Virus record (IMG/VR): IMGVR_UViG_3300045988_123528
Span: 1-38,159 of that record
DNA: 38,159 bases
DNA from: a virus
Lineage: Duplodnaviria > Heunggongvirae > Uroviricota > Caudoviricetes
Strand: one strand, 5' to 3'
Shown here: positions 36,826 through 38,159 of the stretch, piece after piece
How positions within the stretch are numbered: position 1 is the stretch's first letter
Layout of the letters: the number at the start of each line of letters is the position of its first letter
The notes under the pieces: generated by a model
Database searches by the model: none
What the model saw: the letters and a program-made list of their open reading frames with translations, nothing else
What the model was told of the DNA's origin: nothing
Made by a program: the position numbers and the translations under genes

Positions 36826-37920
36826 AGAGGTCTTATTTCTGCTCCTTTGGAGCTCTTCAAAACGATTATGTAAAGATTTCGGATACAGTTCGGTATATAC
36901 CTGCCATAGCACGTTTAATGAACGATGCCCTGTAACCTGGGCGACTTCCTCAATACTAAAACCAGCCTCAAATAAGCGACTTGCCCCTTCTCTACGCAAA
37001 TCATGGTATCGCAGATCTTTAATACCTAATTTGCTTCTTACCCTCTGGAATCCCGCAGTAACAGAAGTGCTGTTATATGGAAAAATGAATTCTGATTTTT
37101 TGGGTTGTCGTTGGACGATATCCCAGGCTTCCCCAAGCAAGGCTACTTTCATATGGTTGCCTTCCTTTTTACGTGGATCTTTCCTGTCTCTTACGAGTAT
37201 GGATTTTTGTTCCTGATCGAGATCCTCCCATCGTAATCGGCATACTTCACCGATTCGCATACATGACCACACAGAAAATTTGAGGATATCAACGAACGGA
37301 ATTTTTGAGCATTTATGTGTAGATCGTTGTTGAAGACCTTCAATGAGCATGTCCAGTTCATCAGATGCCGGTCTACGATTACGACGATTTGATTTACCAA
37401 TTAAACCAAGTTTAAGTAGATATGGACGAGCGGCTTTTGCTGGGTTTGATGTGTAATTAATTCCATATACAGGTTTGGCAGCATCCAGAACACTACCAAG
37501 ATAACTAACATCGTGGCTAACTGTAGCTGGACCTGCACCAGCGTTGTTTCTTAGCCTGCAATGTTCAATTACGTCATTTTCTGTCAGTTCAGATAGTTTG
37601 ATCGCGGAGATGTCACTATCCATAAGCAGTTCCAGCACATATCTTTTAGTACGGCCTGCTTTACCTCCGGCATTTGGGTCATTTAAATATTTGTGTAGTA
37701 AGTCACGGACTGTAAGTCCGTCAACTGCATTTGATGATGGAATGCCATATAGATCTAATTCCATCACTTTCTGTGTGCCCCATGTTTTGGCATGAGCATG
37801 TTTAGGGAATGTTTTGCTTTCCCTGTAAGTGATAACACCTTTTTCTTTGATAATCACATTACAGCGATAGCGTGGTGTGCCATCGGATTTTAGTCGTTTC
37901 TCTATGTTATAGTACGCCAT
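36823..37920 (-). CDS. int: Tyrosine integrase (dusA-associated integrase type)
   Basis: 365 aa; catalytic R..HDLRR..H...Y motifs; adjacent to the dusA junction. Confidence 0.9.
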   Translation of the reverse strand: MAYYNIEKRLKSDGTPRYRCNVIIKEKGVITYRESKTFPKHAHAKTWGTQKVMELDLYGIPSSNAVDGLTVRDLLHKYLNDPNAGGKAGRTKRYVLELLMDSDISAIKLSELTENDVIEHCRLRNNAGAGPATVSHDVSYLGSVLDAAKPVYGINYTSNPAKAARPYLLKLGLIGKSNRRNRRPASDELDMLIEGLQQRSTHKCSKIPFVDILKFSVWSCMRIGEVCRLRWEDLDQEQKSILVRDRKDPRKKEGNHMKVALLGEAWDIVQRQPKKSEFIFPYNSTSVTAGFQRVRSKLGIKDLRYHDLRREGASRLFEAGFSIEEVAQVTGHRSLNVLWQVYTELYPKSLHNRFEELQRSRNKTS

Positions 37921-37939
37921 TACACGACCTCGTTATTTC

Positions 37940-37976
37940 GGGTTCCCATAAAACGTGGGAACCTGTGCGGGAACCT
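37940..37976. repeat. Putative integrase arm-type sites next to attR
   Basis: GGGTTCCC, GTGGGAACCTGT and CGGGAACC clustered; the 11-mer is shared with the attL side. Confidence 0.4.
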
Positions 37977-38008
37977 AACGCGAGAAAAATAGCCTGAAAT
38001 GTTCAAAA

Positions 38009-38159
38009 ATGCACGATAATCATGAAACACAAAAAATTAATCAAACCAGCGTGATGCCTGAAAAAACTGGTGTTTACTGGAATTCTCGGTTTAGCATTGC
38101 TCCTATGCTCGACTGGACGGACAGACATTGCCGCTATTTCTTGCGTCTGCTTTCCCGCA
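38009..38159 (+). CDS. dusA: dusA 5' end (partial; continues beyond the window), phage-supplied replacement
   Basis: [50 protein letters not shown] is the conserved DusA N-terminus. Confidence 0.8.
   Translation, partial: MHDNHETQKINQTSVMPEKTGVYWNSRFSIAPMLDWTDRHCRYFLRLLSR
38086..38112. repeat. attR core region
   Basis: Same TCGGTTTAGC...ATGCTCGA segment as attL. Confidence 0.5.

Larger units (their letters stand above)
466..38112. mobile_element. Integrated mosaic prophage, about 37.6 kb, in dusA
   Basis: Bounded by two dusA 5' copies; contains integrase, CI/Cro, Q, lysis, head and tail modules. Confidence 0.8.

Noticed and set aside
1-38159. tRNA, tmRNA, rRNA or IS/transposase features
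   Set aside because: No cloverleaf-like tRNA candidates at the att sites (integration is in a protein-coding gene) and no transposase-like ORF or terminal inverted repeats were seen.

Overview
The window is one integrated, mosaic temperate prophage of about 37.6 kb (roughly 466-38112) in an enterobacterial chromosome, inserted in the 5' end of dusA (tRNA-dihydrouridine synthase A). All calls are from reading the sequence and the ORF track; no searches were run, so family names are recognition-based. Left to right: host upstream DNA and the displaced original dusA 5' end (1-465); a Panacea-domain protein with an overlapping candidate toxin; a leftward early operon resembling E. coli CPS-53 yfdP-yfdS plus an exonuclease and a PrtN/excisionase-like gene; a ~430 bp hairpin-rich non-coding block; a lambda-style immunity region (OL/PL, cleavable CI repressor, OR/PR, Cro); a replication initiator with internal iterons; a nin-like region (PerC-like regulator, Dam methylase, LexA-DNA-binding-domain-only protein, RusA, KilA-N antirepressor-like, DUF968); antiterminator Q with PR'/tR'; lambda-type lysis genes (holin, R, Rz/Rz1); HNH endonuclease plus HK97-type head module; a Mu-type contractile tail with a -1 frameshift chaperone; tail fibre genes; an AT-rich acyltransferase moron; a DinI-like gene behind tandem SOS boxes; a tyrosine integrase; and the phage-supplied replacement dusA 5' end. 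The best candidates for an undescribed system are the Panacea/toxin pair, the structured non-coding block with its repeat-bracketed antisense ORFs, the LexA-DBD-only protein with the SOS-boxed DinI-like gene, and the acyltransferase moron. No tRNA, CRISPR array or IS element was seen.
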